Notes: a model not told the origin generated them from the sequence alone. DNA of 64,000 nt from Octopus sinensis (GCF_006345805.1 NC_043000.1:138012001-138076000), one strand, 5' to 3'. Shown: positions 38,969 to 53,760, counted from the first letter of the stretch. Translations and numbers: made by a program.

Positions 38969-39734
38969 TCATTTCCCAGTGGAAACCGTTTTGTTTAAGT
39001 CGGTAATGTTTTGGAAGAAGAGTATAAATATCACAACTGCGTCTTTCTTCTCTTCTATAAATCTGAACCGTCATGTCTGTGTAAAAAATTAATACAACCA
39101 TACGAATTTCCTCAAACAGTCGGCACTTTGGACGTGTGCGTGTGTGTGTGTATGTGTGTGTTGATACGAATCTGAATATATGTCCGTGTCAATGTGAGTT
39201 TGTTAATGTGTGTGTGTATGTGTGTTTGTGTTTGTGAAATGCCATTTTCTACACATAAAAGCATTTCGTGACTCCAATTATTTGACAATGTTCCATTAGC
39301 ATATACGTGGTAGAGGCTAGAATGATCGGAGACAATTTTGTTGGTGACGGCACCGATAAATCAAATTGTAGCAAACACCTGCTATAAACGGAAATCTGAA
39401 ACTTTTCACATTGTCGTTCATATGTTTTGCGGGAGAAAAACATCGTGTAGCGTTTAATGAAGTTTGGCGACCTTTACATTTCCCTTGTGTGCCATAAAAC
39501 AAATTTACCATAAGACTGAAATTATAAAGTCGTCACATAATTCTAATGACTTCATGTGTATTTTCTTCAGCCGTTTACCAGTTATATCTCTAAAGAACGA
39601 CAGAATCATGGCAAATTCTCATTAATATGTAAACAAGCTATTCGGTTTTGAAGCTTTGCTGCGTGATCTAAAACATTCCGTTTGGCTACTAAATGAGTCG
39701 ATAAGTGACCGAATGTCTTCGATTCAGAACATAC

Positions 39735-39805
39735 ATACATACATATATATATATATAATATATATATATATATGTATATATATATACATGTATATATATA
39801 TATAT

Positions 39806-39850
<45 letters not shown>

Positions 39851-39911
39851 TGTACATATGTATATATATAATATATATGTACATATGTATATATATATAT
39901 ATATATATATA

Positions 39912-39995
<84 letters not shown>

Positions 39996-40073
39996 ATATA
40001 CATATACATTGTTCTGATTCGAAGAGATATCTGTATGTATGTATGTATGTATATATGTATGTATGCGTGTGTA

Positions 40074-40132
<59 letters not shown>

Positions 40133-40135
40133 ACG
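39735..40135. repeat. Compound (TA)n/(TATG)n/(TG)n low-complexity tract
   Basis: Directly visible. Confidence 0.95.
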
Positions 40136-41578
40136 CGCTCTCAAACACTTATAGATGTGTGCGTGTATGTGCGTGTGCGTGTGTGTGTGAGTACTTACAC
40201 TCTCATATACATTTACATACAGGTATGTAATGCTGTGGATGGAGAAGAAAAGAAGAGAGTAGAAAAAGCAAAGAAGATAATGTGGCAAGAGAGAAAATCA
40301 TTGGCTGCTGTTACGCTAGCTTTAAACGGGGTGACAGGAGGCAAGGATGAAACAGAATGGCAGGAAGGACGATTAAAATAAATTGCTGGTGAAATAGAGA
40401 CATTAAAATGAAGTAAGACTTGTGCAAACGAATGATATAGTAATATACAGAGAAAGTCGGATTAAAAAATATAGATCGAGAGAGAAGAGAGCGAATGACA
40501 GAGAGGGAGAGAGATGGGGCGGAGAGATAAATGATTAGCGCTAAAATACGGTTTTGTTTGATAAACTGTCTCGAGATGAACAATAATAGTAAATCGTCTG
40601 AGATGACTTTACTACCGACAAAATAGTTTTAACTTTGATAGAAGAACTAGCATAATGCATACACTAACATTCAGAGAAACGCGCTCTAAAACTAATCTAA
40701 TGTGGAACATTAAGAGTAAAATACAATAATCACGTTCTAGAAGAGGCCATATTAGTTTGTTTTATTTTATTTACTTTCGTTCTGTTAGCGATATATTCAA
40801 TAAAGGTATTTCAGAGAAAACTGTCGTTTCACGAGAAAATTCTTTTAGCATGATTAAGTAGTGTCTGTCGAGTTATCTGTTCCTTTGCTATATTAATGAA
40901 AAATAAATAAAGTCGGGAAAATTATCCAGGAGATTGTTAAAATAAGCCAGTCCATTTAAGGTGATACTGTTTAGTAAATCCTTTTACTTTTAACTCTGAG
41001 TCTACTTTTTTTTCTCGATATAAAAAGCAAATAAGTAGAATCATGCACATTATAAATATATTTTATGAGAATTTTATTCAACGGTAAGCATTTAATATGC
41101 CTATAACGGGAAGAAAAACACTCAAGTTGGATTGTTTTTGCATTAATGTATTCACTCGACCAATCTACAACATGATAGTCACGAGGTTTTATTAAATATC
41201 CTTAATAATCAATCAAACCAATAGCAATTAGCTGAAAAGTCTCTACTTTGTCACTCGAGCTATTAGAAATAGCAGCAGACAAATTCCTATCAAATCATAC
41301 CCGACAGTCTCAAACAAACAAGAAGGCACATGATACAATATTGTCATAGATACATAAAACAATGTAGATGATTATGACTAGCGTGCGTTTGATCGTGGGC
41401 CTATTCAATAAAGATTTATCTGAGGTTTATAAAACAACAGCAATAGAGAAAATTAATATCAGCCGACTGAAATAATTGGGTATAAATGAGAGAGCTCATT
41501 ATATAAGGAAGTGCAACCAAATCACCTGCATGTCACCAATACTGGATATGATATAGAACACAGTGGGTAAGTCTAGGA

Positions 41579-41867
41579 CAGTGATTCCTAAAGTGTACGG
41601 TACTGCCCCCTTGGGTTGGTGGAACGATCCAGAGGGGTGGGGAAATTGAAAAAAAAGGAAGTGATAATGGCGTGACCAAAAGGGGTTGATGCATGTAAAC
41701 AAGAGCCAAAACAATGGGTTAATTAGGTCAAGTTTTATGTGAAATAGTGTTGTTTTGAATTTGCTGCAGAAACGGGTCTATGTTCATGGTGGTAAGCGGA
41801 GTGGGGTGCTAGGAATGTTGCCTGGGTGTCAAGAGGGCGGCATCCTGAAAACGTTTGGGAACCACTG
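41579..41867. mobile_element. hAT (Charlie-like) MITE, 289 bp
   Basis: TIRs CAGTGATTCCTAAA / TTTGGGAACCACTG (12/14); left flank GTCTAGGA resembles the NTCTAGAN Charlie target; TSD degraded. Confidence 0.7.
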
Positions 41868-43309
41868 GTCGAGTCCTAGATAATCTATGCCCGCAACAAA
41901 AGATAGAGTGATTGATTATTGGTCTTCTCGATCAGGATTTATTTATGGCTAAATAGGAACAAAAACATGACCCTATTGCTTGACTTGATTCTTCAAATTT
42001 CCCTAGTAGTTCTGTTTTTCAGTTTTAAGCTCCTTCTTCAACACCTTCTTACCTCCGTTTTTTTCACAATTCAATGCCAGTTGAAATTTTATCATTTTCA
42101 GACAAAAGGACCGAAACATTTCACTTATCTTTCCATTACATAACATTTTTTCTCTCAAATGAAATATTTGTATTACTCTTGTCAGAGTAGAATATCACTA
42201 GTTCACTTGGGTTTTATATTTTTACTATATATTTTTGCACTTCTGCCACTCTTACTGCCAATATGACTAGTCTTAAAAAGTTCCATATGGATTAATTATA
42301 CAGAATAATAGCATATTCTTCAAATTCCTCCAGACATTACTACACAGCGTTATTCATCTGTTATTTTCTGTAAAACATGTTACGTAATCACATTTACTTT
42401 TTTTAGATACTGCCTTCCGTCTAGACATCATAAACCAATTCTTGTTAATTTGTCTGTTACATGCATTTTCTCCGAACTCTGAAAACTACCTTTCTAATAC
42501 GTATACTCTTAAACTCATAAATGCAAAAAATACTGCCCCATTTTCCAGGAAATAAAGTATTTCGTAATTCACTGTTGTACCTTTTTATATGGGATAGTCC
42601 ATATGTGAAATAGATAGACAGCTGTATATAGCCAAAATATTTACGGAAAATATTTTGTTCTCTTACTTTGCACTCCATCACACAACTACTACTTTCATCG
42701 TTAGCAGACCACGCATAGCTATTATTTGGTTGCTTTCTAAACTGCACATCCCAACCATCTTGCTCATCTCATCGCCTCTTTGTTTAGTAACTCTACACAA
42801 TGACTGTTCAGCTATCTTGGTAAACTCGAATTACCACTTGTCGTTACTCTGCTCTGTCTTATCGAAGATACTAATAATGTAGTCAAACTTCTTAAAACAT
42901 TTTTCTCCATATCAGAGTATCACAATTTCTATTCAATATAGATATGAATTTCTTGAATACCAACAGCATCACAGTAGTTTTAGACCATAAGCATTTCTTC
43001 ACTCGTCACTTAAACTTAGCACCATGACTATCTATTTACCTAACTAAATCCTAATTTTCAGCAGTTTTTCCTTCTCCAGTGAGTTCTGCTTAAGCATCTA
43101 AATGCACTTGGATTATCCAATGTTAGGTTTCAAGCAACTTGACTGGTGAAACGTACGTAAGAACTAATAATATAAATTCGTGCTTATGGTAGTTTCTCAT
43201 AAATACATACATATATGAGTGCGTGTGCATGTCTGTGTTTGTGTGAGCGTATTAAATATAAGGACAGGCTGAAGAGTAATTATTTCTCAGCGGTCAATAC
43301 AACTCACAA

Positions 43310-43610
43310 CACCTTTGAGCAAACAGCTTTGGAGAGAACAAAATGAAAACCGTCGTATCAGAATATTATAAGAGACTTTGTTTCAACCGGCATTAACAGG
43401 CTTACAGGTGCAAGGCAAAGTAGAAAAGCGGTTGCAAATATACGAGCTGCACTGACTCGTAATCCTCACACTTGCAACATCTGCAAGCTTCTTTGCAAAT
43501 CGTTGGCGGGACCCAAATGTTACATTCTGCATAAGCATTATGACTGACACAGAAAGTGTAGGTTGTCGGATCCTCGTACGTCGAAATTGACGGCAGAGAC
43601 CATCATAGGC
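43310..43610 (+). pseudogene. RTE-clade LINE C-terminus with decayed C2H2 zinc finger and 3' end
   Basis: QLWRE...RKAVANIRAALTRNPHTCNICKLLCKSLAGPKCYILHKH (decayed CxxC...CxSxxGLxxHxxxH), then TCGAAATTGACGGCAGAGACCATCAT resembling RTE 3' ends. Confidence 0.5.
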
Positions 43611-45092
43611 GGAATCACACAAATTGCGCGAATAACATATAAGGCAAAGAAGTAATAGACAAAAAAATACTAGAAGTTAGACATGCGAAAAGAAGTATCT
43701 GCAAAACGTAGAAATATAAAGCAAAATAAACAACAAAGAAGTGTACAATGAATGCTAATACGCAAAAGGGAGAGACAACAAATACGTGTATATACTCGCC
43801 TTAAGTCAAAGAGATAGTATTTTCAATTACAGATAAGAATAAAAATGGTGGATTGACATTCGAGCTCCTAAACAGCATTACGTTATAGGAGAAAGTCATA
43901 AACATTACATGAAGCCTACCTCGAGGCTACCTTAAGCACCTTTGGACTATCACATGTAAAAAGAAAGGTCTCTCAAATATGATTTACTGCAACTTCACTA
44001 CAAGAAACAGCGTAATCCTAACCTTGTGTCACCTCATAAAAACGCATTAATCGGGACCAAATTTTAACATAGTCGTGAGAAATAAGGAGTATTTGGTAAG
44101 AAGTCAACATGAAAAATATGTTGTAGGCTGCAAAAAATTCTTAGATCGATATTATTGATAGAAAGCTTTTTTGAAGTGGTGCTCCAGCATGTCAACAGCT
44201 TATGACTCGAACCAGTAAATGAGTAATACAACTAATTAAATTTTTATTTCAGCCCGAAAGAAAAATTCTCTTTAGATGCTTAAAACTAAAATATCAGTTT
44301 TAATTAACGTAGACAAAAGAGAAACTTGTACAATTTGTACAAAAAAGTATTCAGGAGCAGCAACTGTTTTTGTCTTGGCAACAAATAATGGATTTTATTC
44401 ATAAATGCCTGGAATGAAATGAATAAGAACACCCATGAGTTTTGTAACAAACCCTGTTATTGATATATAAAAGAATGCCTTAACGTGTAGAACAAAGACA
44501 CTGAATGTTAAATTTATGGAAGAATAAAAATAAAAAGGTATTGACTTTGGTACTAACTTATAGAAGATTATTGTTTATCATGTCAATATAATTATTATTG
44601 GCAAGAAGAAACGTTTTCCTTATTCATTAACAAAGAACGCCTGCTGGATTCCTAAAGCTATTGACGGCATCAGCAAACGAAATCGTCTTAAAGGCTGAAT
44701 TTGAGATAGTATCGAATTGAAGACAGCTGCAATTCTGAAAGACATAATATGAATGCAAATTTTCGCGAACATAGTTAGAATGTAAAAACTCGTTAGAAAA
44801 TTCAAGACGTTAATGTTATTTCTTTGGGGTTTTTTATGTTATTATTTGCTTCAATCAAAAAATAAATTGTGAATAAGTTCTGTATCTACAGTTGTTTGCA
44901 GATGAAGGTTGAAATATGTCGATATTTGCTCAACAGCAAAAAAAAATCTCTTTAAATTGTTAAAAATTCCTATATAAACTAGAGCACCTGTCAAATGTAT
45001 TTATGATTAATCTCTGATACAAGCACCGTTGATGAGAGGCAAATTTTCAGTAGACGCGAACCGGTTTCATTTCATTTAGATGTAATTCTCTA

Positions 45093-45685
45093 CTAGTTTA
45101 AAAGCTGCACTCCGTGCGGAATTTTCAGGTAGTTTCTGCGGCGGGCTAATTAGGTCTGCGGCCCCAAAACTAGACAGAAATAATAATAAAGCATTTATTG
45201 GTATTCTACCTTTTCAGATTTATATCACACGGTATCACGTTTGGAGAATTTTGTATCACTGTGACATTTGTATCACTGTAAAGCAGCAAGATAAATAACA
45301 TTTTTAATTTTACCATTTGGTGGAAATATGAAGAAAGTATTGCCATTTCCAACTCTGGAACAACGAACATGTAGCCGACCATAGGCAAAAGCACTGCTGC
45401 ATGAGGTGAAGTCAGTGATTGTCCTTGACTGACATTGCAAAACTAAGTCTTACTGGAACTTGAAATCCCTTGAATTCAAAGGGCACGTCTGCTGGAATCA
45501 ATGGAATTCTTGAAATAAACACATTTCTCCCTTGTCCAGTGAGGATCCTTGCTTCTAAAAGATGTGGATGCATTTGCCTGACAATCAGTTTGTTCCATTG
45601 CATAGCTTTGGGGAAATTGGATTTCTCAGAAGCATGATAGGAACTCCTTTCTTCAATGTCAGTTTGTGAGAAGGCATTCCAATAT
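45093..45685 (-). pseudogene. Helitron RepHel helicase C-terminal relic with probable 3' terminus
   Basis: MPSHKLTLKKGVPIMLLRN...LCNGTKLIV...FISRIPLIP..VPFEFKGFQVPVRLSFAMS..., YGRLHVRCSRVG...KIKNVIY; downstream hairpin GCAC-GGA-GTGC and CTAG|T ending at 45093. Confidence 0.88.
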
Positions 45686-45824
45686 ATATCTATTGTGGTT
45701 TAGTGTCTTTTTTTGTACCCCATCAACGCTTGGTAACTGGTATTGGTGTGTTTACATTCACGTGATTTAGTGGTACGGTAAAAGGGTACAATCAAAAAGT
45801 ATCAGGCATCAAAACGAAAGAGCT

Positions 45825-45971
45825 GGTGTCGATTACATTGTTTACAGTTGACGGATATTTGTCCTCATCTTGTTTGTTGTTAACAAGTTTCGGCTGATAT
45901 AACCTCCAGCCTTCATCAGGTGTCTTGGGGAGATTTCGAACATGGGTTCTTATTCCTAAGGTATTTTTCGA

Positions 45972-46030
<59 letters not shown>
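45825..46030 (-). mobile_element. Second copy of the hammerhead-containing repeat ((TAA)n + tail, head absent)
   Basis: Reverse complement aligns to 1985-2150; core GACAC-CTGATGA-A-GGCTG-gaggttatat-CAGCC-GAAAC with perfect helix II, but 3 nt deleted at the helix III/cleavage site. Confidence 0.8.
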
Positions 46031-46031
<1 letters not shown>

Positions 46032-48029
46032 ATTCAATTTAATAATGATCACAAAGCAGAATGAGTTTATGTTTCGAACAAAAATATTTCTATGAAGATG
46101 GCCTCAATACGAAACATCACAGTTCTTCTTAAACTATCCTAACTTCCTCCATCTTGTAAGAAACAACTGCTTAGAGTGTCAGGATAGAAAAGTTATAGAA
46201 TGTATTAAAAGAATGAATTATTAAAATGATAACGTGACTAAAAACTATTAGCACGTTGGTCAATTCGAAAAATAAGTATTAAGGCCCAAATGCAATGAAC
46301 AAAAGCCTCTAAGTGGTTTGCTCGCGTTTCTTTCAATAGCAACCAACTCTACTTTTAATCACTCCTTACAATATAACAAACAAACACAGGCCAAATTGTA
46401 ATTCAGGAAACTGTGTCTGAACATAGGATGAGACGACCATGGTTGGAAAGACTTTTATTAGTGCTATTTCTATAATTTTCTTATCGAGTTTAAAAGTTAG
46501 AGTTGTAGAAAATGCTTTCATATATCTGAAGACTGTGTGCGACAAATAAGGAACTTCAATTAGTACTAATACTACTCAGTCAAGTGTCTTTTGCAGGTGA
46601 TTCGAATCTTTTCCCAAAGCTTTTGCTTAACGCCTTGCAAAATATTGCTCTGCGTTCAGTTAATCTGGGTTCAATTTCCACAGATCTACTTTGCGTTTGA
46701 TTAATGAAACACCTCTAATAAAATATTAGGAGGGATTCAACTAACAAAACCGTAATTCTACCCCAGCAAAAGATATATGTCTTGTATGATTGTGGTCACA
46801 CGTACTTGTAACTTCAGCTTTGATTCTCTTTGTATCCTTCGTATTTGTAATTATTTCGATTATCGGTATTGATTTTTCTCCCCTATCTACTTCCGATATT
46901 TCCTCAATTTAAAAAATGAGTATCCTTATCCTTTTGTCATTTATCTGTCGCTTGATTTTCTTATTAATTGTCTTTGAATGGATCGAATGACGGATCCCTG
47001 GTGAAATGTTTTGCGTTCTTATTTCGTTATTGGCGTTATTGAGTTTTACACAAAGTACAGCTAACTTCCTGCCACCTAGTAAGCAAATAAAAAAAAGACA
47101 AAAAAAAAAGAGAGAGAAAAGAACCATGAGGAAAGATGTTAAACTAATTGAAAAGTAACTGTTAGAGGTTTGTTTCAGCCAGAAATTCAATCGGCTCATT
47201 CACGAATAAGAATATAAATTTTGTAAAAAAACAAAATTGTTTCTTCTATTCGACACTTAACAAAGTTCTATTAAATTTAGTAGCGTTCTTCCATCTTCCT
47301 GATTGTTCGAAATGTAAACCAGTCTTGTTTTCTACCGCCATCAATGGCTATTCGGTAACATAAGCAGGTCTCATCACTGCTTATAAATGTCAAATTCATT
47401 CGGGAGAAAAACCAGAATTAATGGGAATTAATGGGATGTATATGTAATTGCATTTAGAATGCAATATCATAATGTACAAGCTCTGCAAATTTAAAATCCT
47501 TTTCAGGTGTATGCAACATTTATTCACACCGGTCATATATGCTTCTATTTATTTTTTGTTTATTTCTTTAATTTCAATTCATTTTCTTTCTTTCTTTCTT
47601 AAAAGATAAGTATATTATCCTAAATTGTCCTGGAAATATATCTATTTAGGTCAATAGTCCTTTCCACTACCGCGACTGTCGAGAACAAAGCATTTATATT
47701 TCGTGTGTGTGAGAAATTCATAAATTTCAACGTAGCGACCACGTTTTAAGATAATCCTATCACGTAACAAGCATTCATATTAAAGAAACAAAACTCGTTG
47801 ATAATACATGCATATACTTATCACACAACGCGCTTTTGAAGCATCTTAACGCGACAGTTATGCCAATCCTCTCAAATTCATGTGGGAATCTCCCTTCACC
47901 TAGGCGATAGTTGCTTTATGATACATGTCAGTTCGCTGGAACTTTCTATTGCTCAAAATCAGTTAGCAGTTTATGAGCACATAGTTGCACATGAATCACT
48001 TCTATGTTATCAAATACAATTATCATTGT

Positions 48030-48033
48030 TTTC

Positions 48034-48111
<78 letters not shown>

Positions 48112-48132
48112 TTATTATTATTATTATTGTTA

Positions 48133-48173
<41 letters not shown>

Positions 48174-48192
48174 GTTGTTGTTGTTGTTGTTG

Positions 48193-48244
<52 letters not shown>

Positions 48245-48246
48245 TA

Positions 48247-48282
<36 letters not shown>

Positions 48283-48332
48283 TATTATTATTATTTTTAG
48301 TATTATTATTATCATTATTATTATTATTATTA

Positions 48333-48367
<35 letters not shown>

Positions 48368-48415
48368 GTTATTATTTTTATTTTTATTATTATTATTGTT
48401 ATCATTATTATTCAA
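48030..48415. repeat. Long degenerate (ATT)n trinucleotide array with GTT/ATC variants
   Basis: Directly visible; source of the poly-Y/I/L/N ORFs. Confidence 0.97.
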
Positions 48416-50826
48416 ACAGCCATCTATACTAAATGTTTCAAGGCTTAATAGTCTCATAAACACAGACATTCGCATGAATTGTTGAATCACGTAGCTCGAT
48501 GCACTTTATATTACAAAATTCCCCAGCTGAAAATGGTGCGCAAATTATGACTTAATAAATTCTGTATACTGCAACATATTTAGCACCTTAATCCGTCCCA
48601 GAGATCCTCAATAGGTTCCGATACACAGATTGCATTCAATGTTTTGCATATATTTATATATTCATGTGTTTGTACTAATGTATGCATAATAAGAGCAAAT
48701 GGAATGTGTACGTGCATGTGTCCTTGTAACTGTTTGGACTTTTCTACATACTTGCAACGAAAAGTACATGGACATTCAGGAGTTTCTGTCTTACTTAGAA
48801 TTTTACTTGCTTTTTAGTAAATCTCGCATCTTTCCTCTCCTTTCCCCGCTCTCATTATCTATCTATCTCTAAAATCAAAGCTACAGTTTTTCATCTGTCT
48901 TTTAACTTTACACCCGTTTCAGTCGCACGCTAGAATTGTGATACTAGGCCATAAATCATTTTTAAGGGATCATTAGATTACTAGCCTTGTACTAATATTA
49001 CCTACGTGCACGTGTGTGCGTGTGTGTGTGTGTGCGTGTGTGTGTGCGTGTGCGTGTGTGTGTGTGTGTTTGTGCGCACGCATGTATGTGCAAGGATATA
49101 TCTGCGAACGAATTTCAATTGCTAGAAAATATATTTCTTGTTACTAAACCTCTGAGACGATAATTTGGAAGAGATTTCTATTTAAACACAGAGAATAATA
49201 AATAGCTAAACGAATAAAATAGTATTTCTGTGTAGAATTAAATTTAGCTATCAATCTTCAATCATCTAAAACCTATCAATTCATTTATGAATATATTATA
49301 TTTGTCTATTCTTGATTCTGCTTATAACATGTAAATTTAGGAGTGAAGACAGTTCAAAGAGGAGGTTACTTGAAGAGTAAACGGAATTTGTAGGTCAGAT
49401 TCAATCGAACAAACTGAATTTTCAGTTATAAAATCTATATAAATAATTGTGTATCAGATTATAACACATCTGTGAGTTGGCTTTGAAAATAGAGAGGTGA
49501 ATAAACATCTAAATATGTTTGACTATTGCTGAAAGTACTATATTTTATGGATTTCCTTAATAACATTTTCTACTGTCATACAAATCCTTTAATCTTTTTT
49601 CATGGAAATATTGATTTCGTATATAATTGAGAAGGTAACATTTTCTGAGTATTGAGTGCAGTTCATTCTGAGAAACTCAGAATACTGCTAGTACACTTGT
49701 TTTACCGATCAGAGATAAAGAAATGATGAGGTTGACAACACTGAATTTAAATGGAAATGAAACTGTTTTTAATCAAATACTGTGAAACATTTGCTTTGAC
49801 ACACGGTCCTCTGTCTCAGATTTCACTATCTGTCATATAGATAGTAAATATAAGTGTTGATGATATATGATTTCTTGCTTATACTACTTATGTAAGACTT
49901 AATTGAATCGATCTTGAGGAAGTCGTTATAGCTATGGTCTTTGCACACATTCTGAGACCAATAAGATTGTTGTGTTTAACATCTTTCATCAATACGTGTA
50001 AGTCGACGACCTCAGGAAAATGTAAGGCAGAGGATTTCAGAAGACTAGCATTCTGTAAAAAAATAGGACTTGGTATAGTGCTTAGTTCGCTGTATCTAGA
50101 CATTTTCTCACAGGATGAAAGTCTTAGTGAAAGGTGTACGGAAGTGGATTTTTTATGTGCTGACTACAGGAGGAAAGCCAATGAAATTAGGATACCAGAA
50201 TGTAGGTGGCACCCCAGAAGCCAGTTCAGATAGAGGCAATTGCGATGGCATTGGAAAAAGTAGAGATAATGCAAAAGTTTCAATTTGATAAGCAGGAGAC
50301 TTTATACCAGTCACTCAAGCAGTTAATCAATCAAGATCTGTCTGTGTGTAGTAGCAATACCGTCCCAGATGAAGGAATAGTACACTATCATGAGCTCTAA
50401 TTTAGTTCTGTGGAGAATTAATATTTTCTAGCACAGAGGAAGTCCAATATTTGAGATGTAATTTTAGAAATGTGAGATTGGATAAAGAGGAGGAGGAGGA
50501 GGAGAGAGAGAGTTTTATGTGTTGGGTGAGAATATTGCTTAGCTCTGGAGGAGATTGAGGGTAATGAAAGGGACTTTGTCGGGGCCGATGTATTAGTTCG
50601 TTTGTTCGGAGTCAAAAGATGAAAAAGAATGTGGCGATGAATAGACCAGCGAGTTTATATTTACTCTCTTTAAATTCTGGTAAAGTGTAGAGAGCTTCGG
50701 TGCAACACCAACTATCCGAAGCCAGATCTCAATTAGTACAACAGAGCGATATTTTGGAATTTAACTTTGGACCCCCAACCCAAAGTAAAAGGATGAAATT
50801 GAACTCAACCTTTCTCACACACTCAC

Positions 50827-50827
<1 letters not shown>

Positions 50828-50918
<91 letters not shown>

Positions 50919-50952
50919 TACATATATATATATATATTATATATATATATAT

Positions 50953-50987
<35 letters not shown>

Positions 50988-51026
50988 ATATATATATATC
51001 TATATACATATATATGTGTGTATATA

Positions 51027-51106
<80 letters not shown>

Positions 51107-51122
51107 GTATATATATATTATA

Positions 51123-51192
<70 letters not shown>

Positions 51193-51193
51193 C

Positions 51194-51227
<34 letters not shown>

Positions 51228-51228
51228 T

Positions 51229-51275
<47 letters not shown>

Positions 51276-51332
51276 ATATATATATATCTATATACATATA
51301 TATGTGTGTATATATATATGTATATATATATA

Positions 51333-51380
<48 letters not shown>

Positions 51381-51465
51381 TATATATGTATATATATATA
51401 TGTATATATATGTATATATATATATATCTATATATATATATATATAGATATATATATATATATAT

Positions 51466-51500
<35 letters not shown>
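50828..51500. repeat. ~670-bp degenerate (TA)n array
   Basis: Directly visible. Confidence 0.97.
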
Positions 51501-51508
<8 letters not shown>

Positions 51509-52839
51509 CGTATGTATACGGTACACAAATGCATATTCTTCTTCAAGGTCATACCGAAAGTAATGAAAAAATTGGCATAGCCTTATTTTTATCATCTTGA
51601 CATACATCGTTGAAAATCCTCTTGCTAATGGATCAACTCTTCCTCTATACAGCGATATTACTCAACAAAGTTTCCATTATATGCAATATATAAACCCAAC
51701 TCTTGAATTGTCTTTGAAAAATTTCAGGTGTGCATTGCTGTGCCGACTTCTTTTCAGCTACTTCCAAAATGTCTGTTATCAAAACGTTGTACTAGAAGAT
51801 ACCTTTTTACTGGACCAAGTAGGTGGAAGTCGAATAGCAGCATACCCGGTGACTTCTACCTTTCGAATCATTTATAGATTCGTTTTCGCTCCATTCCTTG
51901 ATATGTATATGCGTATGTATGCATACCTACTGTTACACATATCCCCAATACTACACTGGTTTTTGTGAATATTGTATTAACAATGGTTTCAACCGCATTA
52001 GGCCTCTTATCATATCAATAGTCAACGTATCCATGAAATTAATTTGTGTTCTCTAACCTAGTTAGAGACACCAAACAGCCTTCGTCTTTCATTCATGTAT
52101 ACTAACATACGGGTAGTTTAGCATTTAAATGCAATTACTTATTTTGTGCCAGCTGGATGGGTTTAAATCCCCGAAATCGTAATGTAATTATTCAGTAATG
52201 GGTAGGAAACTCAATTATCATCTGTTACACATGATCAGCAATCCTCAGAGATGGCAACTAACTTAAGTACCGTTACTTAGATGAGTTTATTCATTTGTTT
52301 TTACATATTCCGACAAAAAGTATTAGTCCCGTAGCATTCTTTTTTCTTAGGATTACGTATGAGAAAATATTGAATAAAACAAAATTACTCTTGCACTGAT
52401 TTTGAGTTTATTTAGAAAGCACTTAATTTGCATTCTGCAGTAGTAGTATGATCATGGTCTGCGTTGTCGTTGTCGTCGTCGTCATCGTCATCATCCGAAG
52501 CAACAGTAGTAGATGATGTAGATGCAAAAGAAGTAACGATGTTTCATTTTCTTATGACGTACATTTTTAGTGTTCTTCGGGAGAAATATTAATTTGTTTT
52601 ACAAGCGAAATGGTGAAATGCAAGTTTTGCGAAGATCATGGCTGGAGGATATAGGAAATTAAATTGAAATATAAAACATTGACATTTCTCTTTTTCCTTC
52701 AGTTAGAAATCATATTTTTATGAATGGAATTATTATTTGTGTCAATTAAATTATCAGTCAAGTATTGGAGTAGATATAATCGTGAAAACTCGTCTACAGC
52801 GATTTCTGTTGTCAGACAGAGAACTCGATGATGATGATG

Positions 52840-53760
52840 ATGTTATGAGTCTGGTTCAGTTCAGACCGCCAGTTGTATAGGGAGCGGGAAGTGTCGTGAG
52901 AAGAGTGACCAATCTCATTTAGAAATGAGCTGGGAAGAAGTTGTGCACTGCGACCTGACGCCCGTTCCTTGTCCCAAGAAAGATCTGATGGGACTAGACT
53001 GCATTCTTTTCTACTTTCTATGAGCAATCATCAAATCGCTGACAATATCCACTCTGTTGTGTATTTCGTCTGTCTTTACGTTCTGTGTTCAAATTCCGCC
53101 GAGGTCGACTTTGCCTTTCATGTTTTCGGATGGGATCGATCTAATCCTTTCGTACTGGGGTCGATCTAATCAACTGGCCCCACTCCTCCAAAATTTCGGG
53201 CCTTGTTCCTAGAAATGAATATCCACTCTATGGTGATTTGGGGATGTTGCCTCTGATGACGAGCAGGTACTATTTGATACAGAAATATCTGTACTCCTGA
53301 GTTGGTGATGATGAAGACGAAAACAAGGGGATGAGATGCAGGCGTCTTTTGTACCACACGTCTTTCCGAAGCTTTTCTCGTTAATTGAGCTACACTCATA
53401 GCTCATACGAAGACAGAAGTTGGACGTTTGTTATCTAAAATATTTAGGCTTTCAATGAGTTAGTTGAGAGTATGAACTACGAAGGCCAAAGTATCACGAC
53501 TAGGTGACGACGAGAACAGTATGAGAAGTCGAGAGAACTTTAAAATCAAGGACTATAGACAACTTCCAAAAGTCCTTGACAATGTAGTGCTACAGGAGGA
53601 GGGAACTATCTGTCCATCAGATGAGCTACAGGTGCAGAAATATTAATAGCTGATCCAAGACGCGTGAAGGATGCGAACCTAAATATTTCTACACACTATT
53701 GTTTATTTGTTTATTATCTGTGGATTAATGACTTGGGAATTTCTGCCGGACGGCTGCTGA
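52840..53760 (-). pseudogene. Heavily decayed APE-endonuclease region of a LINE, interrupted by a SINE
   Basis: Removing the 53056-53217 insertion gives ...HRVDIVSDLMIAHRK, resembling the APE IxxGDFNAHH motif; GC-richer than the flanks. Confidence 0.3.
53056..53217 (+). mobile_element. Family B variant SINE, 5'-truncated, 12-bp TSD
   Basis: TSD AATATCCACTCT at 53044-55 and 53218-29. Confidence 0.88.

Noticed and set aside
43400-43590. Cys-rich minus-strand frame TYEDPTTYTFC...CKEACRCCKC
   Set aside because: Antisense shadow of the RTE zinc-finger relic on the + strand; bounded by stops.
49890-50640. GC-richer block with short ORFs
   Set aside because: Probably a decayed LINE, but no motif could be assigned with confidence.
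53209-53406. EGF-like looking peptide YECSS...FGKTCGTKDACISSPC
   Set aside because: Cys spacing wrong, no usable splice sites, ends inside a SINE; better explained as an off-frame reading of a LINE relic.
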